Shown: positions 28,461 through 38,070 of the stretch, in pieces
Layout of the letters: the number at the start of each line of letters is the position of its first letter
Position numbering within the stretch: the stretch's first letter is position 1
Source of the DNA: an uncultured Bacteroidales bacterium
GTDB taxonomy: Bacteria > Bacteroidota > Bacteroidia > Bacteroidales > Bacteroidaceae
Direction of reading: 5' to 3'
Assembly (NCBI GenBank): GCA_946055515.1
Contig: CAMGGA010000001.1
Span: 21,813 to 85,812 of the forward strand
DNA: 64,000 bases
Translations under genes and position numbers: made by a program
Notes under the pieces: generated by a model
Databases searched by the model: none
Seen by the model: the letters and a program-made list of their open reading frames with translations, nothing else
What the model was told of the DNA's origin: nothing

Positions 28461-31400
28461 TTAGAAACCGAAGTTCAAGCTGAAGGTGAATGAGCGAGAA
28501 CGCGGAGTCTGAGAATAGTCAACACAAGGATTCATACCACTGCAAGAGTGTTCGGGGTCCACGCCAGAGTAGCGGCTCCAGAAGATGAGGTTGTTACCCG
28601 AAGCAGAGATATTGAGTGAGCTCAAGCCAATCTTCTTCAGCTTTTCGGGCTTCACGCTGTAAGTGAGCTGGAGATACTGGAAGCGGAGGAAGTCACCGGG
28701 TTCTACGTAGCGGTCGCTCACGAGCGAGTTGTAGGAAGCCGTCACCTTTTCACTCACGGCACGGGGAATGGTAGTAAGCTGACCATTCTTGCGCCAGCGG
28801 TGGTTTACAGCCTGGCTTTGGTTCTTGTTGCTCAGCATGCTTTCGGCATTGAGGCGGGCAAGGTTGATGATCTTATTACCCACGCGGAAGTTGAAGTTCG
28901 TCTTCAAGGTCCAGCGGTCGTACTTGAATTCCAAGCCGAAACCACCATTCAGTTTCGGGTTAGAAGTACCGAGGTAAACGATATCGAGTTCGTCGATGTT
29001 ACCATCGTGATTGATATCCTCATAGATAGCGTCACCACCCTGGAACTGGTAGTTCTTTCCGCCATAGTTGAAGTACATGGGGAGCGGGTTGCCGTTCTTG
29101 TCATATACTACGTTACCGTCAGCGTCGAAAACGATAGGCGTAGACTTGCGGAGTGCAGGATCCGTCTGGGCAGCAGCCGTGTTCTGGCTACCGTCGGCAT
29201 TGTACCACTGGTTCTTCTCGTCGTTGGTGAAGTAGCCGTTGTGGTCATAGTCGAAGGCGTAGACACCCTTGAAGCGGAAACCGTAGATACCGCCGAGTGC
29301 GTTACCGATCTGCACGCGCTTCATGTATTCAGCATTGGCATAGCCATAGTCCACATTGTTGGAAGCCAATACGGAAGCATCCATGCGGGTGATGGTGTTC
29401 AAGTTCTGGGCTATGTTGGCACGGAGCTTCATGCTGAACTTGCCTACCTTAAAGATGTCGCGGGTGCTGGCATAGAGTTCCCAACCTTCATTCTTCATGT
29501 CACCTACGTTGGCCCAGGAGAGGTAAGAGAAACCAGAGGTAGAGGGCACACGTACGCTGGAGTTGAGAAGGTCAGTTGTCTTCTTGTTGTAGACGTTGAG
29601 GTTCAACTGGATGAGGTCTTCGAACAGGTTCAAGTAAACACCCACGTTCCAGGACTTGGTCTTTTCCCAACGGATTTCGTTGAGCTTCAAGTTGGAGGGG
29701 TACATTACCTGCGTTCCGTTGTAGGCCGTGTTGTTGCTGGCATACTTATTATACATAAGGCCTTCGCTGCCCGGGGGGTTACCGTTGATACCCCAGCCCG
29801 GAGCCAATGCGAACATGCTGATCACTTTCTTCAAGGGCTTGAAGAAGGCTTCGTCAGAAACGTTCCATCGACCGGAGATACCGGGGAATACACCCCACTT
29901 GTTGCCGGAGCCAAAGCGTGTGCTACCGTCGGCACGTACCGTCACGTCGAACACATACTTCGAACCGAAAGCGTAGTGCATCGAGCCGAGGGCAGAAGCC
30001 TGGTGACCTTCACCCGTGCTGCTCCAAGAGTTGCGGAGGTAACCGGGAACGGTCGGGTCAGAGATGCCGCCTACGATACCCGTGGAGTAGAGCGACTGCT
30101 GGGTGCTGTTTTCCGTAGACACTTCGAACTGACCCATAATCTGGAGCTGGTGGTTGTCGTTGGCGAAGTGGGGGTGGAAAGTCAGGCGGTGACGGGTCGT
30201 GAACTTCAAGTTCTTCTGCTCGTAGTTCGATGTCTGGTTGATACCACCGTCGTCGTACCAGCTCTTGGAGGTCAAGGAACCGGGATAGTAGGACTCATCG
30301 GTCTGGGTGAAGGCGTTCATGAAGACTTCACCGCGGTAGTCGAGCTGCGTTTCGTCGTCGCTCTTGCCCAAAAGCTTGTATTCCAACTGGAACTGGGGCT
30401 GGATGGTATAAGAAGAGGTGTTGGCCCAAGCCTGGTTGGCGATAGCCACGGGGTTACCGTTGTTGACCATGTCGGAGAGGAAGTAAGAAGACTTGCCGCT
30501 CGTCGGGCTGATCAGACCTCTTTCACCGGCAGCGGGAGGCATGATGAAGTACTCTCCCGTGTTGATGTATTCACCTACACCGTCGGCAGTTTCGCGGTAT
30601 TCGTTGCGATAAACCGACATGTTCGGCATGGCGTTGTAAGCACGGCCGAGGAGGTCGCTCGTATAGTTCTTCTTGTTCTTCGTGTAAGTCAAGGCGAAGG
30701 TGGAGGAGAACTTGATGCGGTCAGACACCCAGTAGTCGAGGGCGAGACGGGTCGTCAAGCGGTCGAGGGCCTGCTTGATGATGGTACCCGTTTCGTGGTC
30801 GTACGTACCAGACACACGGAAGTTGGCCTTTTCACCACCACCCGAAACAGACACGCCATAGTTGTGCGTCTGACCGAACTGTGTGATTTCGTCTACCCAA
30901 TCCGTGTTCTTGTTGTAGTTACCATAATAAGAGGAATAGTTCTGGAGGTACATGATTTCCGCGATGCTCGACTGCTCTTCAGAGAGGATGCGCGGGTTGT
31001 GGTAAGCCTCCTTCAACATCATGGTGTAGCCGTCACCGTTCAGCATATTCATGCCGGCAGGCTGCCAAGCACCCGAGAAACGGTAGCTGAAGTTGACCTT
31101 CGTCTTACCGCGGGCACCACGACGGGTGGTGATTTCGATTACACCGTTCGAACCTCTCGAACCCCAGATAGCGGTAGCGGCAGCGTCCTTCAACACCTTG
31201 ATGCTGGCGATATCTTCGGGGGCAACCTGGAGAAGAGTGGCAAACTGCTCTTCGTTCTCCATGTTGTCGAGGTCGAGGTCGTTGTTGTTATAGTCTTCGA
31301 GGATGTTGCCGTCCACAACGATGAGCGGTTCCTGGCTACCGTTGATAGAGGAAACACCACGCAGACGCATGCTCGAGCCGGAACCGAGGTTACCGGAGTT

Positions 31401-31886
31401 CGACACGATGTCGAGACCGGCAATCTCACCCTGGAGAGCGTCGGCTGCGGTTTCGAACGACAGACCGGCCATCTGGTCCATGTCCAAGGTCTGCTGGGCC
31501 GTAGAGATTTCTCTTTCAGGAATCACGAGACCATTGGAACGCGTCTTTCTGGTAACGGTTACAGAAGCTTCCTTAAAGGTGTTCTTGTCAATCAGCTCAA
31601 TGTTGAACTTCGTGTTCGCACCGATAGAGAGCACCTTGGTCTGGTAGCCGATGTACGAAACTCTCAATTTGTTCTCAGGATTCTTGATAACCATAGAGAA
31701 GTTACCGTTGGCATCGGTCTGCGCTGCGGTCACGTTACGGTTATTCTTATCCTGCTCAACTACATACGCCATCACAATCGGTCCGTCCTGTTTACTCCAG
31801 ACACGACCCGAGATGCGCTTCTGTGCATACGCGAGCGAGCAGCAAAAGCACAGCGCAAGTGTCAATAGAAACTTGATATTATTCAT
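28461..31886 (-). CDS. SusC/RagA family TonB-dependent outer membrane transporter (first pair)
   Basis: Signal peptide; plug motif RLRGVSSI...PLIVVDG...IKVLKDAAATAIWGSRGSNGVIEITT; RADGSTRFG; WEKT; C-terminal Phe (SLNFGF). Confidence 0.96.
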   Translation of the reverse strand: MNNIKFLLTLALCFCCSLAYAQKRISGRVWSKQDGPIVMAYVVEQDKNNRNVTAAQTDANGNFSMVIKNPENKLRVSYIGYQTKVLSIGANTKFNIELIDKNTFKEASVTVTRKTRSNGLVIPEREISTAQQTLDMDQMAGLSFETAADALQGEIAGLDIVSNSGNLGSGSSMRLRGVSSINGSQEPLIVVDGNILEDYNNNDLDLDNMENEEQFATLLQVAPEDIASIKVLKDAAATAIWGSRGSNGVIEITTRRGARGKTKVNFSYRFSGAWQPAGMNMLNGDGYTMMLKEAYHNPRILSEEQSSIAEIMYLQNYSSYYGNYNKNTDWVDEITQFGQTHNYGVSVSGGGEKANFRVSGTYDHETGTIIKQALDRLTTRLALDYWVSDRIKFSSTFALTYTKNKKNYTSDLLGRAYNAMPNMSVYRNEYRETADGVGEYINTGEYFIMPPAAGERGLISPTSGKSSYFLSDMVNNGNPVAIANQAWANTSSYTIQPQFQLEYKLLGKSDDETQLDYRGEVFMNAFTQTDESYYPGSLTSKSWYDDGGINQTSNYEQKNLKFTTRHRLTFHPHFANDNHQLQIMGQFEVSTENSTQQSLYSTGIVGGISDPTVPGYLRNSWSSTGEGHQASALGSMHYAFGSKYVFDVTVRADGSTRFGSGNKWGVFPGISGRWNVSDEAFFKPLKKVISMFALAPGWGINGNPPGSEGLMYNKYASNNTAYNGTQVMYPSNLKLNEIRWEKTKSWNVGVYLNLFEDLIQLNLNVYNKKTTDLLNSSVRVPSTSGFSYLSWANVGDMKNEGWELYASTRDIFKVGKFSMKLRANIAQNLNTITRMDASVLASNNVDYGYANAEYMKRVQIGNALGGIYGFRFKGVYAFDYDHNGYFTNDEKNQWYNADGSQNTAAAQTDPALRKSTPIVFDADGNVVYDKNGNPLPMYFNYGGKNYQFQGGDAIYEDINHDGNIDELDIVYLGTSNPKLNGGFGLEFKYDRWTLKTNFNFRVGNKIINLARLNAESMLSNKNQSQAVNHRWRKNGQLTTIPRAVSEKVTASYNSLVSDRYVEPGDFLRFQYLQLTYSVKPEKLKKIGLSSLNISASGNNLIFWSRYSGVDPEHSCSGMNPCVDYSQTPRSRSFTFSLNFGF

Positions 31887-31900
31887 AATATTAGATTTTA

Positions 31901-34900
31901 TTACTTAAGACTGTACTTCTTTGCATAAGCCTCAGCCACGGCGGGAGTTTCCCAAGCCTTGCTGAAATCGTTCTTGAGTTTTGCATCGAAGCAGAGATAC
32001 TGGCCGATGTTGTGCAATGCCACATAAGAAGAGGAGCGGATGCTGCGGGCAGCATCGATGGCAGCGTCCAATTCGTAGTCGCGGGCCATGAGGTTGTACT
32101 GGCCGGCTACGGAAACCGCGCGGCCGGAAGCATCCGTTACCTTCATGGCATTGGGCGTCTGGTCTACGCTTACGCTGACGTAGTTGCCTTCGTCATCGGA
32201 GCAGGCCGACTGGCACTGGGTCGTGGCCGTGCAGTTGTCCACGAAGACAGACTGGTCTACAAAGTGGTACTTGAGGAAGTTGGCATACATCAGCACCATC
32301 GTACGGGCAATCTTCTTGGCATCGGGGTCGAGCACGCCTTCTTCGTTGGTGTTCTCCTCCACATATTCCTTGATTTCGTCGATGGTCTTCAGGCCGTGTG
32401 CGAAGGCATCATCGAGGGCAGCCTTCGTCGGCACGAAGATGGTGTAGCGGTAGTTGTTGAAGAAACGCACGAGTTTCGTGTAAGTCTTCGTCATGTAGTC
32501 GTACTGCGTGGGGCGGTCCGTATTGTTGGAGAAAATCTGGTACTTCTTGGCCTCGTTGCTCCAGTCAGCGTCTTCCATACCTTCTTCGTAGAAGAGCGTC
32601 TGGATAAGGTCGGTGTTGTTGTCGAGTTCGAGACAAGCGTCCAGGAAGGGCTTCATCTCATCGGTCGTGCTCATCACGCGGTAGGCATTGTTATAGGTAG
32701 CCTGGATGGGACGGTCGATAAAATAGGTAGAACCGTTACCATAACCGTTGGTAGCGCGGGACATGTCGTGCTGGTCCACAACGGTGCAGTGGAAGTCGTT
32801 GACTTCGTTGGCATCGCCGTTGAGCACGAGCTGCATGCCGCCATCCACCTTCATGCCGATGTTGCGGCCCTTGTCGCGACCGGAAATGATCACAACGGGG
32901 GCACCGCTACGGGAAAGGAAGTAATTTCTGTCGGTATTCACGCCGAGTTCACCTTCGCTGTTGGTTTCGTGCACAATGATGTGCTGGTCGACCATGTCGG
33001 TGAGGAGCTGCTTCTTCACGCGGCCCCACTCGTTACCGTCCACATCGATGTCTGCAGCACAGGTCTGCTTCGGCTTATCGTCAATTTGCTGGTCGAGCGG
33101 CTGCTTCATGTCATACTTGTAAGCCTCGGCACGAACAGCTACGCACTTGCGGTTCTTGGCCTTGATTTCCTCGGGTTTCATCGTCCATAGGCGGAAGTTG
33201 GAGTTACGGGCAGAAGAGAGCGACATGGGGTCAATCATACCGTACTTCTTCAGACCATCGTCCGTCGGAACGAAGAGGGTGAAGTTCGACTGCATGGCGA
33301 GGAGGTACGTGCTGTAGAACTTACGGAGCGGAGCGTTCTGGAAGTTCGTCGTCACGTAGGCATCGTCAGCGTGGATGACGCTGTTCATCACCTGCGTACC
33401 TTCGTTATAAAGTACGGGGGCCATTACAGAAGAATAGGTAGCCGGACCAATCACCTTGTTCATGAGGTAAACCGCACCGTTGTTGGCGAGGATAGAACCA
33501 TCGAACAAAGTCTTGTATGATTCAATGGTGGGATAAGTTTCTGCGCTGAACATCTGGTCCTGGGCATCGTTCATGATGGTGAGGTACTTGCTCGGAACAG
33601 ATTCGTTGAACGACTCCTTCATCAGGTTAGCCACGAGGGGCTTCACGATGTTCAGAGGAATCTGGAAGAGGTTCTCCTGCAGATTCTCGGCCGTGTTGGG
33701 CTTCGTACCGTAGCGTTGGATAAGCATGGCACCTGCACCCCTCACGAAGTAATCCGTTACAGCCTCATCCGTCGGAACGAACATGGCGGCCATATCCTGC
33801 TCCTTCGTGGAGTTGTTCACGCTGTAGGCATTCCATCCCGGGTCATAGGAAAGCGAGGGGAAGTCGCCCAAGGTTTCTCCGTCAGGATCAAGCATAACTG
33901 CACCCTTGGAAGAGCGCTGGGCAATATAGATTTTCTGATAAACAGAGTCGGCTGTGATGTCGTGGAGCGCCTTGTATTCCTCGGTGAGGGTAGCGTCGTA
34001 ATAAGGTGCGCTGAAGCGTTCCAGCATGGAGCTGAAGAGGTTGGTCTTGCCATTCGTGCGGATCACCTCGGCCATGTTGGGAGGCGTTACCATCACCTTG
34101 TCGAGTACGTGGAAATAGCCGTTCAAGCAGACGTTGTCGGGTTCGATGATGCGACAGTCGTAGGCATAGCTGCGGTTCTCCGTATTGTCGTTGCCCCAGT
34201 AGCCATCAGCCTTGTCATCCATATAGCCGAGCACGAACGATACGTCGTCATGCGTAATCTTCTTTTCGTTCAGCTGCGCCTCGAGGAAATGCGTAAACAT
34301 GGGTTCCGTCTTGTCCATCGCGAGGTACATGGGCTTGCCGCTCTTGATGTGAGCGTTCCAGAACATCTTGTCTTGGTTCGTCACCTTGCCCTCATCGTTG
34401 AGCTGTCCTTTGTTTTGGTTCACGAACAGTTCGTTGGCTTCAAAACGTGCCACAGAGTCAGTGGCCGAGATACCCGACAGCTGACGCAAACAGAGGTTCT
34501 TCACCGGACCTTGGATGGTGGTGAGCATTTCAAGCACATAGGCATTGTTCAGCATGGAGCCGTTCAAAAGCAGGCGCTTCTGGTTGGTCGAAAGTTGGTC
34601 GTAGCTCCTTACATAGTCGCCATTTCCATCCTTCCATGCTGTCTGTGTAGCAAAAAACTCCTTGTAGGCCGCATCGTTGGCCACGAAGAGGGTCTTACTA
34701 CCCGTCTGAGACATCACGTCCTTGTAACCGAGTTCATCAATCAACCTGATTACAGTAGTGAAATCATGCCTATTGTTCAACTCGTCGTAAATACTTGCAC
34801 CGAGAAACGACGGCTTGGTTTCGTCCAAGTCGAAATCGTCGGAACATGAGTATGTTACGCCGCAAGTTGAAAGCAAGCACACTGCACCAAGCAGCGTCTT

Positions 34901-34933
34901 TCCCATTCTGCAAAAACGGTTTTTCATACGCAT
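31901..34933 (-). CDS. Large multi-fasciclin-domain surface lipoprotein
   Basis: Lipobox TYSC-SDDF; repeated FAS1 motifs KTLFVAND, NGYFHVLDKV, AMFVPTD, NNGAVYLMNKV, FTLFVPTD, GNGSTYFIDR, YTIFVPT and LKYHF. Confidence 0.85.
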   Translation of the reverse strand: MRMKNRFCRMGKTLLGAVCLLSTCGVTYSCSDDFDLDETKPSFLGASIYDELNNRHDFTTVIRLIDELGYKDVMSQTGSKTLFVANDAAYKEFFATQTAWKDGNGDYVRSYDQLSTNQKRLLLNGSMLNNAYVLEMLTTIQGPVKNLCLRQLSGISATDSVARFEANELFVNQNKGQLNDEGKVTNQDKMFWNAHIKSGKPMYLAMDKTEPMFTHFLEAQLNEKKITHDDVSFVLGYMDDKADGYWGNDNTENRSYAYDCRIIEPDNVCLNGYFHVLDKVMVTPPNMAEVIRTNGKTNLFSSMLERFSAPYYDATLTEEYKALHDITADSVYQKIYIAQRSSKGAVMLDPDGETLGDFPSLSYDPGWNAYSVNNSTKEQDMAAMFVPTDEAVTDYFVRGAGAMLIQRYGTKPNTAENLQENLFQIPLNIVKPLVANLMKESFNESVPSKYLTIMNDAQDQMFSAETYPTIESYKTLFDGSILANNGAVYLMNKVIGPATYSSVMAPVLYNEGTQVMNSVIHADDAYVTTNFQNAPLRKFYSTYLLAMQSNFTLFVPTDDGLKKYGMIDPMSLSSARNSNFRLWTMKPEEIKAKNRKCVAVRAEAYKYDMKQPLDQQIDDKPKQTCAADIDVDGNEWGRVKKQLLTDMVDQHIIVHETNSEGELGVNTDRNYFLSRSGAPVVIISGRDKGRNIGMKVDGGMQLVLNGDANEVNDFHCTVVDQHDMSRATNGYGNGSTYFIDRPIQATYNNAYRVMSTTDEMKPFLDACLELDNNTDLIQTLFYEEGMEDADWSNEAKKYQIFSNNTDRPTQYDYMTKTYTKLVRFFNNYRYTIFVPTKAALDDAFAHGLKTIDEIKEYVEENTNEEGVLDPDAKKIARTMVLMYANFLKYHFVDQSVFVDNCTATTQCQSACSDDEGNYVSVSVDQTPNAMKVTDASGRAVSVAGQYNLMARDYELDAAIDAARSIRSSSYVALHNIGQYLCFDAKLKNDFSKAWETPAVAEAYAKKYSLK

Positions 34934-35163
34934 TAATTAGATTAGTTATTTTTGTTTTATTTATTTCCTGAAGGAAAAGGCGATCGGCGAGATTTTGGTT
35001 AGGTTTAAGGAACAGCCGACCTTGTTCGCGGGGTGATTGGATAGGTTTTTGAAGGTTAAGCGCCGATTTTTCAAAGCGAAGGCTTCAATTCAGCACTTTA
35101 TACCTTAACGTCTCTTTAAAGTTCAACCTTGCTGAGACATGGGTACACACCTTGTAGTGACTG

Positions 35164-35171
35164 CAAATTTA
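35164..35171 (-). promoter_or_regulatory. Bacteroidetes -7 promoter element for the fasciclin-SusCD operon
   Basis: TAAATTTG on the minus strand (consensus TAnnTTTG), about 230 nt upstream of the start at 34933. Confidence 0.55.
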
Positions 35172-35363
35172 ATTGATTTTTCATGGGAACAGCCAAACAC
35201 ACCACTCCTCTTTTCTTGCATTTAAGAATTATTAAGAGTATTTCGGGGCGCAAATGTTAAAACTGAAAACACTTATTTTCTGCAAATCGAAGGCTTTTAC
35301 AGAGAAAAGAAAGCCGTTTCTTGCTTCAGATGGAGAAGTGCAAGAAAAGATATGGACTGAATA

Positions 35364-36452
35364 TCAAACACATTCCACGGCGATGCATTCCATCTCAATG
35401 AGCCATTCGGGTCGGCAAACCCTTGCCAAAGTGAGCAGGCAGGGGGTGTGGGGGAAGCGGAGGCGTATGTAGTCGCGGACGGAGGGATAGTCGGCCACAT
35501 CGCGCAGATACACCACAAAGTAGCGCACAGCACGGAGGGAACTGCCCGCAGAAGCGAGGAGTTTGTCGATGTTCAGCAACAGGCGGCCTGTCTGGCAGAG
35601 CACATCGCCGCGATGCACACAGTCGCCATAGCGGTCTATGCTGGCTGTCCCGGACACCAAACTCATACGGCACCCAGGAAAATCCAAGGCGGTCGCGCGC
35701 TCAAAGGCTACTCCATACTCATGCGTCGGATTGAGGTAATCGAGGGCTTGGAGATACCGGACTTCATCCTGTCCGATGCCTTCTACGGAGAAAAAGTCTA
35801 CGGCCACGAGGGCTTCGCGGTGTTCCGAAGCCCCGCCAATGCCCGTCGATGCAATGAAGTGCGTTTGGGGAGTAAGTCCTTCGCGGGCAAAAACCTCGTT
35901 GCGGGCTTTCACCACACCGGCATACTGGCGGTCCACGTCGCGCACGTAGATCCACGTGCGCTGGCAGTTGTCTTTCAGGTTCAAGCCGCGCGAACGGAGC
36001 AGGGCGATATGGTCCTCAAAGGCCATACGGGTCTGCTCTGCAGCTGACAGCACAGCCACTTCGGCGCCAAAGCGGACGGTGTGGAGGATGTAGGAAAGTC
36101 CGTCCATGCGCAGGGTCAAACAGGTGCCGTTGGGCTGCCTTTCTACCTTCCTCTCCTCAAGTTTGCCTTCCAAATACCAGAGCAATACGGCCACTTTGCC
36201 ACCTCCGAGGGGCGGTTGCTCAATGAAACTCACCACGCCGAGCGGCTCGTTGTCGGCCACCAAGGGGTGTTGCCGAAGCGCTTCGCACTGGTTGGCCGCA
36301 TCGGTTACATACACGCGCATTTGGAAAAGTTCCCTGCTTTGGAAGCAGGCTTGGCCCTGCAACTCCCGGAGTTGGAGCAGCAGTTCGTCGGCCTGCGCTT
36401 TCAGCGTACCCTTATTGGTGGATTGAAGAATGTAGAAGAAGCTTTCGCTCAT
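35364..36452 (-). CDS. Long Rid/YjgF-fold protein (chorismatase FkbO/Hyg5-like)
   Basis: Tandem YjgF-like domains; RTWIYVRD, ASTGIG, FERAT, VSGTASID, VYLRD and VCRPEWLIEMEC. Confidence 0.8.
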   Translation of the reverse strand: MSESFFYILQSTNKGTLKAQADELLLQLRELQGQACFQSRELFQMRVYVTDAANQCEALRQHPLVADNEPLGVVSFIEQPPLGGGKVAVLLWYLEGKLEERKVERQPNGTCLTLRMDGLSYILHTVRFGAEVAVLSAAEQTRMAFEDHIALLRSRGLNLKDNCQRTWIYVRDVDRQYAGVVKARNEVFAREGLTPQTHFIASTGIGGASEHREALVAVDFFSVEGIGQDEVRYLQALDYLNPTHEYGVAFERATALDFPGCRMSLVSGTASIDRYGDCVHRGDVLCQTGRLLLNIDKLLASAGSSLRAVRYFVVYLRDVADYPSVRDYIRLRFPHTPCLLTLARVCRPEWLIEMECIAVECV

Positions 36453-36588
36453 GGGTATGATAGGTTTGCAGAAGAGATCTATGAATCAACGCATCTTGGG
36501 GGATAATTTATGGGTAATTTTGTCCTGCGAAGTGACACTTCGTCACCTGCGCCCAAGACCCGAGGATGCCTGATGTTGAATTTGCGTG

Positions 36589-36596
36589 CAAAAATA
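36589..36596 (-). promoter_or_regulatory. Bacteroidetes -7 promoter element upstream of the Rid-like gene
   Basis: TATTTTTG on the minus strand; a second match, TACTTTTG, lies at 36754-36761. Confidence 0.45.
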
Positions 36597-36956
36597 ATGA
36601 AAGATTTTTGAGTGGTTCGGCTTCGGGATTGGATTTTCTTGCGGGAGGCGCAGCGGGATGCCGATGTGGAAATTTTCGCGAAAATCTTGCCCGCTGGAGG
36701 GGTCGCCTTGGTTTGGTCCGACCCGAAGAGGCGCTGCTCCGAGGAGGCTGCAGCAAAAGTAGGCGGAGTGCTTTTAACACACGCTTCTGTTGTAGAATTT
36801 CCAAAGTAACCTTCGTGCTTTGTCAATCTACTTTACTCATAACGAAGATTTTCTTTGTGATTTTCAATAAAGAGAAAAGATTGACTGCGATACAGGGTGT
36901 GCTGCCATATCACCTAAAAAAATGTTTCGGGGAATTGGGCGGATATACAGCAGCTA

Positions 36957-37925
36957 TCATCTGCACAAACAACCTTGATATGTGCAACGCTGGCGAAATG
37001 CTTCGACCAAGCGAAGTTGGAGGTCGTCGGGGCGCAACCCCCAGCGCGGGGCGACAATTTCGTCGGCTTTCGCCACTGATGCCAAACGGTCGACCGCAAC
37101 ACGGGCGGGAAGCCGCTCGAGGAAGTCTGCCAAACTGGTCACGTACACTTCGGGGGTGAGCAGCGTGAACTGTTCGGGCGCGCGAAGGTATTCGGCAGCC
37201 AACCGTGAGCCGCGCAAAATTTGGAGTTGGTGGAACTTGATCACTTCAACCGGCGTGTCGGCCAGCATCGCGGGCCAGCGCATCCACTCCGCAGGGGTAT
37301 CACCGGGCAAACCGAGGATGAGGTGTATGCCCACATGAACGCCGATGGATGTCAAAGTTTCTATGGCCGACAAGGAGCAACGAGCCGTGTGACCCCGCCC
37401 CGCCCTATCCAACGTCGCATCGCACAGCGACTCCACGCCGAGCTCTACCATCACGAAGGTCCTGCGGCTCAGCGATTGTAGCGCTTGGAGCCACGCTTCA
37501 GTCAGGCAGTCGGGGCGCGTGGCGATGACCAGTCCTCCGACTCCTTCCACCGCCAAGGCTTCCTCCAGGCGTGGCATCATTTCCCGAACCGGGGCGTAAG
37601 TGTTCGTACCTGCCTGAAAATAAGCGAGAAACACGGTCGGATTTCCCGAGGAAATCTTGCGCGCAAAGAAGCGCTTGCCCCGATCGAGCTGTGCCCGCAC
37701 CTGCCACCCTTCGTCCTGGAGAAGGGGCAGAAAGCTCCTTCCGTTGCAGAAGGCACAACCGCCCACGCCCAATGTGCCGTCGCGCACAGGGCAGCCACAC
37801 CCGGCATCCACAGGCAACTTCTGCACTTTCTGCGGGAAATGTCGGTGCAGGAATTGGGCGTAGGTGGTGAAGGGGACGGCGGAATTTCGGGACATATAGG
37901 GAAGTTGTATGTTAAAATCTTCCAT
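36957..37925 (-). CDS. TIGR01212/YhcC family radical SAM protein
   Basis: CPVRDGTLGVGGCAFC, YFQAGTNTYAP, IATRPDCL, ELGVES, HLILGLPG and KFHQLQI. Start is 37925 or 37895. Confidence 0.9.
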   Translation of the reverse strand: MEDFNIQLPYMSRNSAVPFTTYAQFLHRHFPQKVQKLPVDAGCGCPVRDGTLGVGGCAFCNGRSFLPLLQDEGWQVRAQLDRGKRFFARKISSGNPTVFLAYFQAGTNTYAPVREMMPRLEEALAVEGVGGLVIATRPDCLTEAWLQALQSLSRRTFVMVELGVESLCDATLDRAGRGHTARCSLSAIETLTSIGVHVGIHLILGLPGDTPAEWMRWPAMLADTPVEVIKFHQLQILRGSRLAAEYLRAPEQFTLLTPEVYVTSLADFLERLPARVAVDRLASVAKADEIVAPRWGLRPDDLQLRLVEAFRQRCTYQGCLCR

Positions 37926-37985
37926 TATTAACGCCAACTCGCTACATTTATTGTACAAATGATTGGCCGTTTCACACAAAAGCTA

Positions 37986-37993
37986 TACTTTTG
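37986..37993 (+). promoter_or_regulatory. Bacteroidetes -7 promoter element for the ECF sigma gene
   Basis: TACTTTTG, about 80 nt upstream of ATG 38071. Confidence 0.55.
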
Positions 37994-38070
37994 CAACAAA
38001 ATCAAGTCAAACCCCAAACCCCTTCGCCTATCGACAGACATTACTTCGCAACAACAAAACTTACAAAGTA

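Noticed and set aside
28800-31868. 1022-aa plus-strand ORF and other long antisense ORFs (for example 5873-7957, 13612-15549, 16559-18433, 39799-41907, 50713-52680)
   Set aside because: They are shadows of well-supported genes on the opposite strand. Strong codon bias removes antisense stops, and the translations have no recognisable motifs.
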